Origin: Vicinamibacteria bacterium
GTDB taxonomy: Bacteria; Acidobacteriota; Vicinamibacteria; Marinacidobacterales; Marinacidobacteraceae
NCBI GenBank assembly: GCA_963668695.2
Contig: CAXXLQ010000004.1
Coordinates: forward strand, 1,344,001-1,408,000
Reading direction: 5' to 3'
DNA length: 64,000 nt
Below are positions 46,832 through 56,806 of this stretch, piece after piece (the first letter of the stretch is position 1; each line of letters opens with the position of its first letter). The notes under the pieces were generated by a model. It was not told the DNA's origin, did not search any database, and saw only the letters and a list, made by a program, of their open reading frames with translations. The position numbers and the translations under genes were made by a program.

Positions 46832-47557
46832 ATGACATCCCCAGGAATTTCCCGCGCTCCGGCACGCTGGCCGTATTGGTGCGCGACCCTTCTGCTCGCC
46901 GCTTGGCTCCCGTCCTGCGGGGGTGGCGACGATTCGGATTCGGCCGGTTCCGAATCCGCCGCTGGCGAGACCTCTCCCGCCGAAACCGAGACGAGTTCCA
47001 TGGAAACCGAAACATCCGTTCCCGAAAGCCCATCCGATCTGGCCACGCCCGGCGCGCCGGTGGTGCTGATGCGCACCAGCGTGGGGGACATCCAGATCGA
47101 GTTCTACCCGCAGGAGGCCCCCGAGAGCGTCGATAACTTCATCCGCTACGTGGAGGATGGCCACTTCGACGGCACCATCTTCCACCGGGTCGTCCGCGGT
47201 TTCGTGATCCAGGGTGGCGGCTTCACCGCTGAAATGGAAGAAAAGGACACGCGCGAGCCGATCCCGAACGAGGCTCAGAACGGTCTGCGGAACATGAGAG
47301 GCACGCTCTCGATGGCCCGCACCAGCGATCCCCACAGCGCGACGTCGCAGTTTTTCGTCAACACCAAGGACAACGCGATTCTCGACCACACCGGGACCAC
47401 GATGGACGGTTGGGGTTACGCCGTCTTCGGCAAAGTCATCTCGGGGATGGATGCCGTGGACCGGATCGAAGCCAGTCCGGTGGTCAGCCGCGCCGGCCAC
47501 AACGACGTGCCGGAGACTCCGATCGTCGTTGAGTCGGCGGCCGTCGTTTCGCGCTGA
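46832..47557 (+). CDS. Cyclophilin-type peptidyl-prolyl isomerase, lipoprotein
   Basis: Lipobox-like LPSC, acidic linker, FHRVVRGFVIQGGG, MARTSDPHSATSQFFVN, GYAVFG. Confidence 0.93.
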   Translation: MTSPGISRAPARWPYWCATLLLAAWLPSCGGGDDSDSAGSESAAGETSPAETETSSMETETSVPESPSDLATPGAPVVLMRTSVGDIQIEFYPQEAPESVDNFIRYVEDGHFDGTIFHRVVRGFVIQGGGFTAEMEEKDTREPIPNEAQNGLRNMRGTLSMARTSDPHSATSQFFVNTKDNAILDHTGTTMDGWGYAVFGKVISGMDAVDRIEASPVVSRAGHNDVPETPIVVESAAVVSR

Positions 47558-47561
47558 GCTC

Positions 47562-48293
47562 CTAACCGATCGGTCCGCAGACCGCGATCAGGACTTCGGG
47601 CCAGCCGCTGGCGCCCCGAAGCGGATAAGGGGCATGGCGCGTTTCGCCTTCACGGGGAAGACGGAGAATGTTGCGCACCTGATGCAGTTTGCGGGCCGCC
47701 AGCGGAGACATCCCGGCGAGCGCTTCGAGCCGCCGTTTGTGCCGATCGGAAGCGGGCGTCTGCCCGTACCACTCCAGACGATCGAACCCGGTCCGGAGCA
47801 GGGTCTCGAACTCGGAGCGCGAGTATTCCCGGACGTGGAAAGGATTGTCCGGTCGGGCCTCCAGCGTCCGCCCGGGGCTGATCACTTCCCGTTCCGGTGT
47901 CGAACAGATGAAGACGCCCCCGGGCGCGAGGATCCGCCGCGCCTCCCGAACCACGGCGTGGTCGTCGGCAACGTGTTCGATCGTCTCGAACGACACGTAA
48001 AGATCGAAGCTTCTGTCCCCGAAGGGAAGGCGCGAAGCGTCGGCGAGCACCCCCCGGAGCGCGCCGGCTCCGGAAGCAGGAAGCTCGGCCTCCTGGAACG
48101 CTTCCGGAGAGAGGTCGGCGGACACAACCCAGCGTGCGTCCCGGGCCTTGAGGATCTCCGATCCGTACCCGGCCCCGGAGGCGAGGTCGAGCACCCGCTT
48201 GCCGGCTGCGTAGCCCGCGGCCCAGCGGTAGCGCGCCACGTGTTGGTTCCGGAGCCAGGGCGAGGCGAATCGGTGCAGCGCGAGTCGTTCCAT
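47562..48293 (-). CDS. Class I SAM-dependent methyltransferase
   Basis: HVARY, VLDLASGAGYG, VSFETIEH, LAPGG, STP, NPFHVREY. Confidence 0.9.
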   Translation of the reverse strand: MERLALHRFASPWLRNQHVARYRWAAGYAAGKRVLDLASGAGYGSEILKARDARWVVSADLSPEAFQEAELPASGAGALRGVLADASRLPFGDRSFDLYVSFETIEHVADDHAVVREARRILAPGGVFICSTPEREVISPGRTLEARPDNPFHVREYSRSEFETLLRTGFDRLEWYGQTPASDRHKRRLEALAGMSPLAARKLHQVRNILRLPREGETRHAPYPLRGASGWPEVLIAVCGPIG

Positions 48294-48371
48294 GGAAGAT
48301 AGGAATAGGCCAGACCGATCTGGCGTTTCCTGTTCTATCTTCGCCCAGACGGCGATGTTCCCGGTGGCCCA

Positions 48372-49130
48372 GTGATTCCTCGCGAATCCGGGGTGAGTGC
48401 CTGTTTCCCCGCCTTCAACGACGCCGGGTCCATCGGCTGGGTGGCTCATCGGGCACGCGAGGCCTTGCGGGGTACCGGTCGTGACTTCGAGATTCTGATC
48501 CTGAATGATGGAAGCGCTGACCGGACCGCCGAGGTCCTGGAGGTGCTCAGGGCCGAGATCCCGGAACTCAGGACGCTCCGGCACGCACAAAACCGGGGCT
48601 ACGGAGCCACCCTTCGGGATCTCTTCGCCGCGGCCCGGTTCCCGCTCGTCGCCTACACCGATGGCGATGGGCAGTTCGATCCCTTCGAACTCATCCGCCT
48701 GCTGGATGCTCTGAGTCCGGAAATCCAGTTGGTGAACGGCTACCGGGGGAGCCGCGCGGACGGCATGCTGCGGCGGTTTCTCGGCCCCCGCTTCCATCGG
48801 GTGGTGGCGGGGACCTTCGGGCTTCCGGATCTGCGCGATTGGGACTGCGACTTCCGGCTCTTCCGCCGGGACCTGCGCCTCGACGCTTCCATGACCTTCG
48901 ATGACGGGACCGCGGTGGTGGAATTCCTAGCCACGCTCGGCGATTCTGGTGTCCGCTACGCCGAGGTTGAAGTGAGCCACCGTGAACGCCGGGCGGGCGA
49001 TAGCCAATACTTCCGGCCCCGCTCCGTCGTTTCCGGCCACCGCAACCTCTTCCGGTTGTGGCGCAGGCGGGGATCCCCTCCGATCCGCTGGCGGGCATGG
49101 TTCCGAAGAAGCCGGCGCCGACCCGCTTAA
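48372..49130 (+). CDS. Glycosyltransferase family 2 (DPM synthase-like)
   Basis: FPAFND, NDGSADRT, NRGYG, TDGDGQFD, DWDCDFRL; stop TAA abuts a MITE. Confidence 0.9.
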   Translation: MIPRESGVSACFPAFNDAGSIGWVAHRAREALRGTGRDFEILILNDGSADRTAEVLEVLRAEIPELRTLRHAQNRGYGATLRDLFAAARFPLVAYTDGDGQFDPFELIRLLDALSPEIQLVNGYRGSRADGMLRRFLGPRFHRVVAGTFGLPDLRDWDCDFRLFRRDLRLDASMTFDDGTAVVEFLATLGDSGVRYAEVEVSHRERRAGDSQYFRPRSVVSGHRNLFRLWRRRGSPPIRWRAWFRRSRRRPA

Positions 49131-49327
49131 CAGCCTGTGGTGAAACCCGCGTGAGCGCCGAGAGCGGTGAGGCGCCCGGCTGACAAGGCGCGTGAGGGAG
49201 GAATACCGGGTGTATTTCGACCGAAACGCAACGCAGAGCGCCGCGAAGCGCCAGTTCTCCCGGTGGGGGGGCGGTTCAGCCGGGATGCATCGCCGGTCGA
49301 ACGCCGCGTGGGTTTTGCCACAGGCTG
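49131..49327. mobile_element. MITE-like element copy 6 (one 18-bp insert)
   Basis: cagcctgtggtgaaaccc...gggttttgccacaggctg. Confidence 0.85.
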
Positions 49328-49332
49328 TTTAC

Positions 49333-51036
49333 CTACGGGCGCGGACTGACCACGCCCACGCCCTCGCGAACGACGACGACCCCACCTCCCGCGTCGAGGT
49401 CTCCGACGCGCTGCTCCTCCCCACCCGGCCAGCGGATCACCACGTCCCGGATCTTGCCCGCGCCGGCTCCGAGATGGACCCGGACGTCGTTCGAGGACAA
49501 AAAGCTGCCACTGCGGTGCGCTTCGCGCACCCGCCGCACGCCGTCGGCCGTCGAAAAGAGCACCCTTGACCCGCTCCCGTCCCGCGGTGCCCGGGTTCCC
49601 ACGAGCTGCAGGGTGACGCTGCGACCGTCGCTGCGGTTGCGGAACAGCGCCGCCTCGTCGTCCACGTTCACCACCACCAGATCGGGAAGCGCGTCGCCGT
49701 CGAGGTCCCCGAACGCCACCCCGCGGCTGGAGCGCTCGGGACTATCCCAGGATTCCTCGACGAAAGCGCCACCGCCAGTGTTTCTGAAGATCTGGTTTTT
49801 CATCCGGTAGCGCGTCGCGCTCCCGGCCGCTTCCGCGTCGGGATACACGTGTCCGTTGGCGACGAAGAGGTCCAGCCAACCGTCGGCGTCCAGATCGACG
49901 AACCGGGTCCCCCAGCCCAGATAGAACCATCCCGGCATCCGTAGTTCGTTCCGGGTGGTGCTGTCCTCGAAAAAGCCGCTCCCGGCGTTCCGGTAGGCGG
50001 TGTTCGTGTCGTGCGAGAAGTTCGTCACGAAGAGATCGAGCGCGCCGTCCTCGTCGAAGTCGCCGGCGTCCACCCCCATGCCCGCCTGGGCCAACCCGTC
50101 CACGTTGTAGGCGGTTCCGGCCAGGAGCGCCTGCTCGCTGAACCTCCCCTGGCCGTCGTTGACGAAGAGGTGGTTCGGGACCGAATCGTTCGCGACGTAG
50201 AAGTCGGTGTCTCCGTCGCCGTCGAGGTCCCCGGTGACCACCCCGAGCCCGTACCCGGGATCGACGCCCGTCAGGCCAGCGGCTTCGGTGGCGTCCTCGA
50301 AGGTGCCATTCCCCCGGTTCCGGAAGAAACCGTCCGCCGCCGGGATCAGACCCGACGGGCCGCAGAAGACCGGGAGCCCGAACCAGACGCAGCTTGCCCC
50401 GGCCCCCGGGGGTGGTAGGGAATCGATGGAGTCGGCGGTATAGCCGAGTACCACCAGGTCGGGGTCACCGTCGTTTTCCGCGTCGAGGAAAGCCGCGGAA
50501 GTTGAGTGTCCGGGATGGGAGGCGCCGCCGGCCGCCGCCACCCGCTCGAACGTGCCGTCTCCGCGGTTCCGGTAGAGGACGTTCTCTCCGCGATTCGTGA
50601 CGTAGAGGTCCGGGAAGCCGTCGTTTTCGATATCGGCCACCGCGACCCCGAAGCCCCAACCGGTGTCACCGACGCCCGCGGCTTTCGTCTGATCGGTGAA
50701 CTGGAGCTCCCCTTCGTTGCGGAAGAGCTGGTTCGGGAGGCCCGGGCCGGGAGTCCGGTCTTCGAGGGGCGCCCCGTTGACGAAGTAGATGTCCAGATCG
50801 CCGTCCTGGTCGTAGTCGAGCAGACCCACACCCGCGCCGAGCGAGGAGACGATGAATCTCTTTTCCGGCTCCCCGCTTACGTTCCGGTAGTGGATTCCGC
50901 TCGCCTCCGTCACCTCTTCGAGGCGGATGTGCTGCGCGCCGGCCACGGGGGAGACCCCGGGCCCCGGCAGGAAGGACAGGACCGCGAGCGCGATGGGGAT
51001 CGCCGCCGAGGCGGCGCCTGGTCGGCCGAACGTCAC
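49333..51036 (-). CDS. CRTAC1-family protein (FG-GAP/VCBS repeats plus ASPIC/UnbV domain)
   Basis: Signal peptide; repeated DxDxDGxxDxxVxN and RNxGxGxF motifs; C-terminal GSFLSSNDVRVHLG...IRWPGG. Confidence 0.9.
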   Translation of the reverse strand: MTFGRPGAASAAIPIALAVLSFLPGPGVSPVAGAQHIRLEEVTEASGIHYRNVSGEPEKRFIVSSLGAGVGLLDYDQDGDLDIYFVNGAPLEDRTPGPGLPNQLFRNEGELQFTDQTKAAGVGDTGWGFGVAVADIENDGFPDLYVTNRGENVLYRNRGDGTFERVAAAGGASHPGHSTSAAFLDAENDGDPDLVVLGYTADSIDSLPPPGAGASCVWFGLPVFCGPSGLIPAADGFFRNRGNGTFEDATEAAGLTGVDPGYGLGVVTGDLDGDGDTDFYVANDSVPNHLFVNDGQGRFSEQALLAGTAYNVDGLAQAGMGVDAGDFDEDGALDLFVTNFSHDTNTAYRNAGSGFFEDSTTRNELRMPGWFYLGWGTRFVDLDADGWLDLFVANGHVYPDAEAAGSATRYRMKNQIFRNTGGGAFVEESWDSPERSSRGVAFGDLDGDALPDLVVVNVDDEAALFRNRSDGRSVTLQLVGTRAPRDGSGSRVLFSTADGVRRVREAHRSGSFLSSNDVRVHLGAGAGKIRDVVIRWPGGEEQRVGDLDAGGGVVVVREGVGVVSPRP

Positions 51037-52589
51037 CGGCTCCGGCCGAGGCGCGTCGCGGCCTCCTGGAGTTCGGCGTTGGCCGGCCAGTTGGAGAGCG
51101 CCGCTTCGAGTGCGCCGAGCGCCTCTTCCACGCGGCCGGCGGCCGCCAGCGACTCGGCGTAGAGCAGGTGGTGCATGGGCTCCGCGGAAGCGAGGGTCAG
51201 CAGCCGCCCGGATTCCTGGAGCGCCTGGCCCGGGTCGCCGCCGCCGATGAGGTGAGCGATCAGGGCCATCTTGGGCTCGCTGGCGCCGGGATTCGCATTG
51301 ACCGCCGCCTTGAGTTCGTTCGTCCGGTCCGAAAAGCGCTTGAGTTCGGCGAAGCGTTGAAGGTGTCCGCGTCCCTTTTCCACCTGTGCAGAGTCGCCGC
51401 TTCGCACGAGGAGGTTGCCGAGGTGCAGGTGCGGTTCCGGCAGAGTGGGAGCGGCCGTGATCGCCGCTTCCAATCTCCGGGCGGCTTCGCTCGGATCGGA
51501 CGTGGCCGCGAGAGCCTGCCCGAGCGTCGTCAGGCCTCCGGCGAGTTGTTCGGCGCTCACGCCCGCCCCGTCACCGTCCACTGCTGGCGTCAGGACGGGG
51601 ATCGCCTCGTCGCTCCGACCGGCCTCGAAGAGCAGGAGGGCTAGCCGAAAACGGGCGCGCGAATGGTCCGAATCCAGTCGGATGGCCTCCCGGTACGCCC
51701 GTTCGGCTGCCTCTTCTTTCTGGAGAACGTGAAGCACGTCGCCGTTTGTGTATTGGGCTTCGGCGTTTCCGGGAGCGGCGGTGGCCGCCCGCGCGCACGC
51801 TTCCCGGGCGTCCTCGAGTCTCTCTTCGCGGGACCGCAGGAGGCAGATTTCGAATAGGGTTTCGGCGTCCTCCGGGCGGAGCGCCAGCGCTGCCTCGAGG
51901 CGCCGCGCGGCCGGTTCGAACTGTCCGAGGTCGGAGTAGAGGGCGCCCAGATGATGCTGTGCCTCGAAGGAAGCTGGATCCGCCTGCGCCGCAGCGACCA
52001 GCGCCGCCAGTCCGTCGGCTCCCTGCCCCTGCTGCACGTAGAGGACGCCCAGAGGAGCCAGCACCTCGGGTCGCCCCGGATATTCGGCGCCGAGAGCCTC
52101 GAGGCGGGCGATCGCCTCGTCCCGCTCCCCCATCCGCCCGAGCAGGATGGCGAGATCCCGCCGGGCCTCGGGATGACCGGGCTCCCGCCGGAGCGCTTCC
52201 CGCAGCGCAGCCGCGGCTCCATCGAGGCGGCCGAGGGCGGTGAGTGCGCTCGCCTGGAGCAAGGGGCCGTTCGCGCTCTCCGGAACGCGGCGTCCGAACT
52301 CTTCAGCCAGCGCCATGGCCTCGGGGAAATCGGCGAGTCGCAGCCGGGCTACCGCAAGCATCCAGAGCGGTTCCGGATCGCCTGGGTCGGCGCTCCGGGC
52401 GCCCTCGAGATAGGGAATCGCCTCCTCAAGCCGTCCGGCTGCGATCAGTTGCCGTGCGGATTCGATGGGGTCGGTCTGGGCATCCGCCGCGCTGCTGAGG
52501 ACGGACGCAAGCAGCAGCGCGCCAGTGACGAGGCGGCGGGGAGGGCAGCCCTCAGGGGGTTGGCGAATTGCTTCCCGTCCGTCCGTCAT
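51033..52589 (-). CDS. Secreted tetratricopeptide repeat protein
   Basis: Signal-like N-terminus, many TPR-like helical repeats; overlaps the CRTAC1 start. Confidence 0.85.
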   Translation of the reverse strand: MTDGREAIRQPPEGCPPRRLVTGALLLASVLSSAADAQTDPIESARQLIAAGRLEEAIPYLEGARSADPGDPEPLWMLAVARLRLADFPEAMALAEEFGRRVPESANGPLLQASALTALGRLDGAAAALREALRREPGHPEARRDLAILLGRMGERDEAIARLEALGAEYPGRPEVLAPLGVLYVQQGQGADGLAALVAAAQADPASFEAQHHLGALYSDLGQFEPAARRLEAALALRPEDAETLFEICLLRSREERLEDAREACARAATAAPGNAEAQYTNGDVLHVLQKEEAAERAYREAIRLDSDHSRARFRLALLLFEAGRSDEAIPVLTPAVDGDGAGVSAEQLAGGLTTLGQALAATSDPSEAARRLEAAITAAPTLPEPHLHLGNLLVRSGDSAQVEKGRGHLQRFAELKRFSDRTNELKAAVNANPGASEPKMALIAHLIGGGDPGQALQESGRLLTLASAEPMHHLLYAESLAAAGRVEEALGALEAALSNWPANAELQEAATRLGRSR

Positions 52590-52731
52590 GGGCTGAGGAT
52601 CGGGAGTATCGCAAGATCGGCGGCGCGCGGTGGAGTTCCACGAACGCCGTCGACCGCGTTGACCATGCCGGCCTGGTGTTTGCTCGGCCAGTTTTGCGCG
52701 GCGGTTTCGCGGGGACTACCATCATCCGGCC

Positions 52732-54936
52732 ATGTCTTCGAGCTTTTTTCGGGTTCAGCCGATCCTCTTGGCCGTCTTTGTCTCGGCATTGCTCGGCACC
52801 GGCCCGGCGGCGTCCCAGGACGAGCCGAGCGAAAAGGAACGCATCGAAGCGCTTCCCGAGCGCCACCGGATCTGGCTCACCGAAGAGGTGCCTTACCTCA
52901 TCACTGATCGAGAGAAGCGGGTCTTTCTGACCCTGACTTCCGAGCGGCAGCGCAAAGCGTTCGTGGATGCCTTCTGGCGTAAACGGGATCTCAACCCATC
53001 GACACCGGAGAACGAATTCAAGGACGAGCACTACGCCCGGTTCGACTACGTGAACAAGTGGTTCGGGCGCTCCACCTTTCGTGAGGGGTGGCAGACCGAC
53101 CGGGGCCGCTACTACATCCTGGTCGGACCGCCTCGCTCCATCCAGAACTACGAGGCCCGGGACGAGATCTACCCCACCGAACTCTGGTTCTACAACAATT
53201 CAGAGCTGAAGCGCTTCGGGCTGCCGGCCTTCTTCTACCTGCTCTTCTGGCGGCGTCACGGCATCGGTGAACTACAGCTCTACGACCCCATTTCGGACGG
53301 CCCGCAGGCGCTGCTGACCGGCTACCAGCCCGAACGGCAGGACTTCCGCGACGAGGTCGAGCGCGCGTACGAATTCCTCTACGAGTTCGACCCCGAAATC
53401 GCCAACGCGGCCATGTCGTTCCGGACCGACGAGCAGGACATCACGCGCTTCCAGGCGGTGCCCTTCGGAAGCCTGGCTCTGCTGGCGGACATCCACGAGG
53501 TGCCTTTCCGGGGCCTCGACGACAGCTACGCGGACCGCCTCGACTTCGAGCGGGGCGCCATCGAAGCCGACTACCTCTTTACCTACGTCCCGGGCCACGG
53601 CGCAGTGGCTGTGTTGCCGGGGCCGGAGGGCGCTTCGTTTCTGCACTGGGTCCTTCAGGTGGACGCCCAATACATCGCCTTCATCCGTAACGAGGACCGC
53701 GCCACCTTCGACACCTCCTTCACCGGCAGCGTCGAGGTCGTGCTCCGCGACGACCCGGAGCAGGTCGTCACCGAATTCCGGAAGGAATCCTTCGTCTCGC
53801 TGACCGAAGCACAGTCGCGCGGCACGCTCCAGCGCCCGTTCTCCTGGTCTGGCATCCTGCCCCTCATCCCGGGGGACCACACGGTCAGGATCGTGCTCCG
53901 GAACCGCGCTTGCGGTTCACGCTCCGAAGAAGACTGCGCGAAGAGCTACACGCTCGTCGAATCGGACGTCAGCGTGCCCTTCCGCGACGGGACCCCGCGC
54001 CTCAGCGACCTGGTGCTCGGGCGGCGCATCGAAGCGCAGCGGCCGTTGTACCGGCCTTTCTTGATCGCTTCCGCGGGAGTGGTTCCCAACCCCCAGGCGG
54101 TGTACGCGATCGGCGACCACTTCGTCGCCGCGGTGGCGCCGGACAGCGCCCCCGAGGGAGCCTCGGTCCGGTTCCGGATTCTGAGCCGGGAACCGCTCAC
54201 CGACGGGGAGTTGACCTACGAGAGCGAGATGCCCGCGGTGGCGGATGCGGGGAGCGGTTTCGTGGCGCTCGACTTCTCCCTTCTGGACATCGGGGCGGGT
54301 CGTTATGAACTCCAGGCCGACCTCCTCGACCGCGCCGGTGGCGCTCTCTCTGCACGACGCGCCGAGTTCTCGGTGTCGCCTCGCGGGAACTTACTCGAAG
54401 CCGGTTTCCACGGCACCATGCTCCCCTTCGGGCCGGAGAATGCCGGGTTCACGAGCCTCGCCCTCGGCGAGCAGTTGATGGCGCTCGACCGGAAGGAGGA
54501 AGCCCGGCCGGTGGTCGAAAACGCGGTGGCGATGGCGCCGCGCCTCGGACGGGCGCGGGAACTCCTCGCGCGGCTCGAAATCGAAGCGGGCAACCCGGCC
54601 AAAGTCGTGGACCTGCTGGAGCCGGTCTATGCCGAGGTTCAGGACCGGTACGACCTGATCCGCGTTCTCGGAGAGGCGTACTTCCATCTGGGACGCTACG
54701 AAGACGCCGAGGAACTGCTTGCGAGGGCCATCCTGCTCGAAAACCCGGACACCCAAGGCCTCAACCTGCTGGGGCTCGCGCGGTTCCAGGTTTCTGACTT
54801 TGAAGGAGCCCGGGAGGCGTTCCAGCGGTCGCTCACGCTTGACGCGGAGCAACCGCAGGTCGAAGAGGCGCTGACCCGGATCACGGAAGCGGAACGCGGC
54901 GCCCAGCCGCGCCCCCAGCAGGAACGGCAACACTGA
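52732..54936 (+). CDS. GWxTD-domain protein with C-terminal TPRs
   Basis: WLTEEVPYLIT, FWRKRD, NEFKDEHYAR, GWQTDRGRYYI; signal peptide; TPR tail. Confidence 0.88.
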   Translation: MSSSFFRVQPILLAVFVSALLGTGPAASQDEPSEKERIEALPERHRIWLTEEVPYLITDREKRVFLTLTSERQRKAFVDAFWRKRDLNPSTPENEFKDEHYARFDYVNKWFGRSTFREGWQTDRGRYYILVGPPRSIQNYEARDEIYPTELWFYNNSELKRFGLPAFFYLLFWRRHGIGELQLYDPISDGPQALLTGYQPERQDFRDEVERAYEFLYEFDPEIANAAMSFRTDEQDITRFQAVPFGSLALLADIHEVPFRGLDDSYADRLDFERGAIEADYLFTYVPGHGAVAVLPGPEGASFLHWVLQVDAQYIAFIRNEDRATFDTSFTGSVEVVLRDDPEQVVTEFRKESFVSLTEAQSRGTLQRPFSWSGILPLIPGDHTVRIVLRNRACGSRSEEDCAKSYTLVESDVSVPFRDGTPRLSDLVLGRRIEAQRPLYRPFLIASAGVVPNPQAVYAIGDHFVAAVAPDSAPEGASVRFRILSREPLTDGELTYESEMPAVADAGSGFVALDFSLLDIGAGRYELQADLLDRAGGALSARRAEFSVSPRGNLLEAGFHGTMLPFGPENAGFTSLALGEQLMALDRKEEARPVVENAVAMAPRLGRARELLARLEIEAGNPAKVVDLLEPVYAEVQDRYDLIRVLGEAYFHLGRYEDAEELLARAILLENPDTQGLNLLGLARFQVSDFEGAREAFQRSLTLDAEQPQVEEALTRITEAERGAQPRPQQERQH

Positions 54937-54982
54937 GAGGCGCGGCCAGTCGCCCCGGCCCATCCCGGCGGGGCGTCGGCCG

Positions 54983-55150
54983 TTGATCGGCAATCGGCCC
55001 CGGCGACTCGCTGAGTTTGGTTTGATCGGTTTGGTGCTTTGGTCGGGGGGCCACGGCTACATCTGGATTCAGTGGCGGCTCGAGCGCATCTTCGCCCGGA
55101 ATGACCCCTCCGGCCTGACCACCCCGCTCATCCCGTTCCCGCCTGACTGA
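54983..55150 (+). CDS. Possible 55-aa single-pass membrane peptide or gene fragment
   Basis: TTG start; MIGNRPRRLAEFGLIGLVLWSGGHGYIWIQWRLERIFARNDPSGLTTPLIPFPPD*; below the ORF-track cut-off. Confidence 0.3.
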   Translation: MIGNRPRRLAEFGLIGLVLWSGGHGYIWIQWRLERIFARNDPSGLTTPLIPFPPD

Positions 55151-55183
55151 CGTCGGGAGCGCGACGAATACGCCGATCGGGCG

Positions 55184-56806
55184 TTACTCCGAACCCAGCG
55201 CGACGATCGGGTCGAGGCGGGCTGCCCGGCGGGCCGGGCTCACCCCGGCGATCACTCCGGTGAGCAAGGCCACGAGGAACGAGATCAGGCCGGCCACCAC
55301 CGACACCTCGACCGCCAGTCCGAACGAACTCTCGACCACCACGGCGGCCGCCACGCCGATCAGGACGCCCAAAACTCCGCCGGCGGCGCCGAGCAGCACC
55401 GATTCGGTAAGGAACTGGTTGCCGATGTCCGCGGCTTGCGCCCCTACCGCCATCCGGAGTCCGATCTCGCGGATCCGCTCGCGCACCGAGAGCAACATGA
55501 CGTTCGAGATCCCGATCGCGCCCACGATCAGCGAAACGAGCGCGATGGCGAGCAACAGCGCGGACATGGTCCGACTGGATCGTTCAAGCGTCGCCGCGAG
55601 TTGCCGCAGGGTCGTGCGTTCGAGGTTCGGGATGTTGCCGGCGAGGGTTTCGGCCACCTTCGGGTGAAGGCCCTTCCCGAGCACTTCCGATGCCTGGGTG
55701 GTGACGGTGAAATCGTCGGCCTGGGTTTCGCCGATCCCGTGCCGCGTGCGGAGCAGGTCGGAGATTTCCCGGGCCACCTCGGTGACTCTCCCGGACGAGG
55801 CCGCGGTCACGGTGATGGTGTTCAGATTCGTGGCGTTGAGCAGCCGGTGGACGGTGGTGAACGGTGTGTACACCGCGTCGAACTCGTCATCGCCGAGGGA
55901 GCCGGGGTTCATCCAGTTGGAGCTCACCACCACTCCGACCACTTCGAAGGTCTGGTTCCAGATCGTGACCTCCCGGCCCACCGGGTCCTCGTCCTGGCCG
56001 AAGAGCTGATCCCGCGCCACCCTGCCGAGCACCACCACCTGTGAGGCGCGCCGGAGTTCCCCGGAACTGAAGAACCGGCCGTGTTGCATCGCGAAGGAAC
56101 GGCGGATTTGAACGAGATCCACATCGGTGCCGTGGAGACGAGTGAACCACCGCCGCTGGTCCGCGAAGACCCGGACGCTCTCGTGAATCCCGGAGGCGAC
56201 GTGGGCCACCCCGGGCAATCCCCCGATCGCGCCGGCGTCGTCGCTGGTCAGGGTCGCCGCCGCACCCACTCCCGCCGCCGAGTCTCCGAGCCGCTCGGCT
56301 GCCGTCGGATGGTCGTGCTTCTCCATGGGGTCGTTTTCCGGATGCGCGAGCGCGACCGGCTCGATCTTCCGCAGGAACCGCTCGAAAACGCCGGGAGGCA
56401 GCATTTCGGGGGACAGCCTTTCCGGGGACGACAGCCCTTCCGGGGACAACAGCCCTTCCGGGAACAAGGCCGCCCCGTGCCGGGCGGGCGCCTCGGTGCC
56501 CCCGATGGGCCTCTCCCCGCGGGTCCGGTAGTTGCCCGCGGTTATCTGGATGACGTTGAGACCCGCTGCGCGCACCTGGTCGCGGATCGCCCCCTGGGCG
56601 CCGCGCCCGAGCGCGATGGTGGCCATGAGGGCGGCCACGCCGAAAGCGAGTCCGAGCAGGGTCAGCACCGTGCGGAGCGGATAGCGCCGGAGGCTCTGGA
56701 GGGCGGTCTCCACCGCGGTGCGCCACTCCGCGGGAAGTTCGCGGAGCAGCCGCTGGATTCGCGCGCCGTTTCCGTGCGTTTGCTCAGGCATCGGGGCTTG
56801 CTCCAT
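55184..56806 (-). CDS. MacB/FtsX-type ABC transporter permease with periplasmic insertions
   Basis: LRTVLTLLGLAFGVAA, GRFF, VGAIGISNVMLLSVRERIREIGLRMAVGA, PARRAARLDPI. Confidence 0.92.
   Translation of the reverse strand: MEQAPMPEQTHGNGARIQRLLRELPAEWRTAVETALQSLRRYPLRTVLTLLGLAFGVAALMATIALGRGAQGAIRDQVRAAGLNVIQITAGNYRTRGERPIGGTEAPARHGAALFPEGLLSPEGLSSPERLSPEMLPPGVFERFLRKIEPVALAHPENDPMEKHDHPTAAERLGDSAAGVGAAATLTSDDAGAIGGLPGVAHVASGIHESVRVFADQRRWFTRLHGTDVDLVQIRRSFAMQHGRFFSSGELRRASQVVVLGRVARDQLFGQDEDPVGREVTIWNQTFEVVGVVVSSNWMNPGSLGDDEFDAVYTPFTTVHRLLNATNLNTITVTAASSGRVTEVAREISDLLRTRHGIGETQADDFTVTTQASEVLGKGLHPKVAETLAGNIPNLERTTLRQLAATLERSSRTMSALLLAIALVSLIVGAIGISNVMLLSVRERIREIGLRMAVGAQAADIGNQFLTESVLLGAAGGVLGVLIGVAAAVVVESSFGLAVEVSVVAGLISFLVALLTGVIAGVSPARRAARLDPIVALGSE
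56413..56467. repeat. 18-bp in-frame tandem repeat (~3 copies) inside the MacB-type permease
   Basis: acagcccttccggggac(g/a) repeated; encodes PEGLLS/PEGLSS/PERLS; unrelated to the intergenic 18-mer. Confidence 0.8.
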
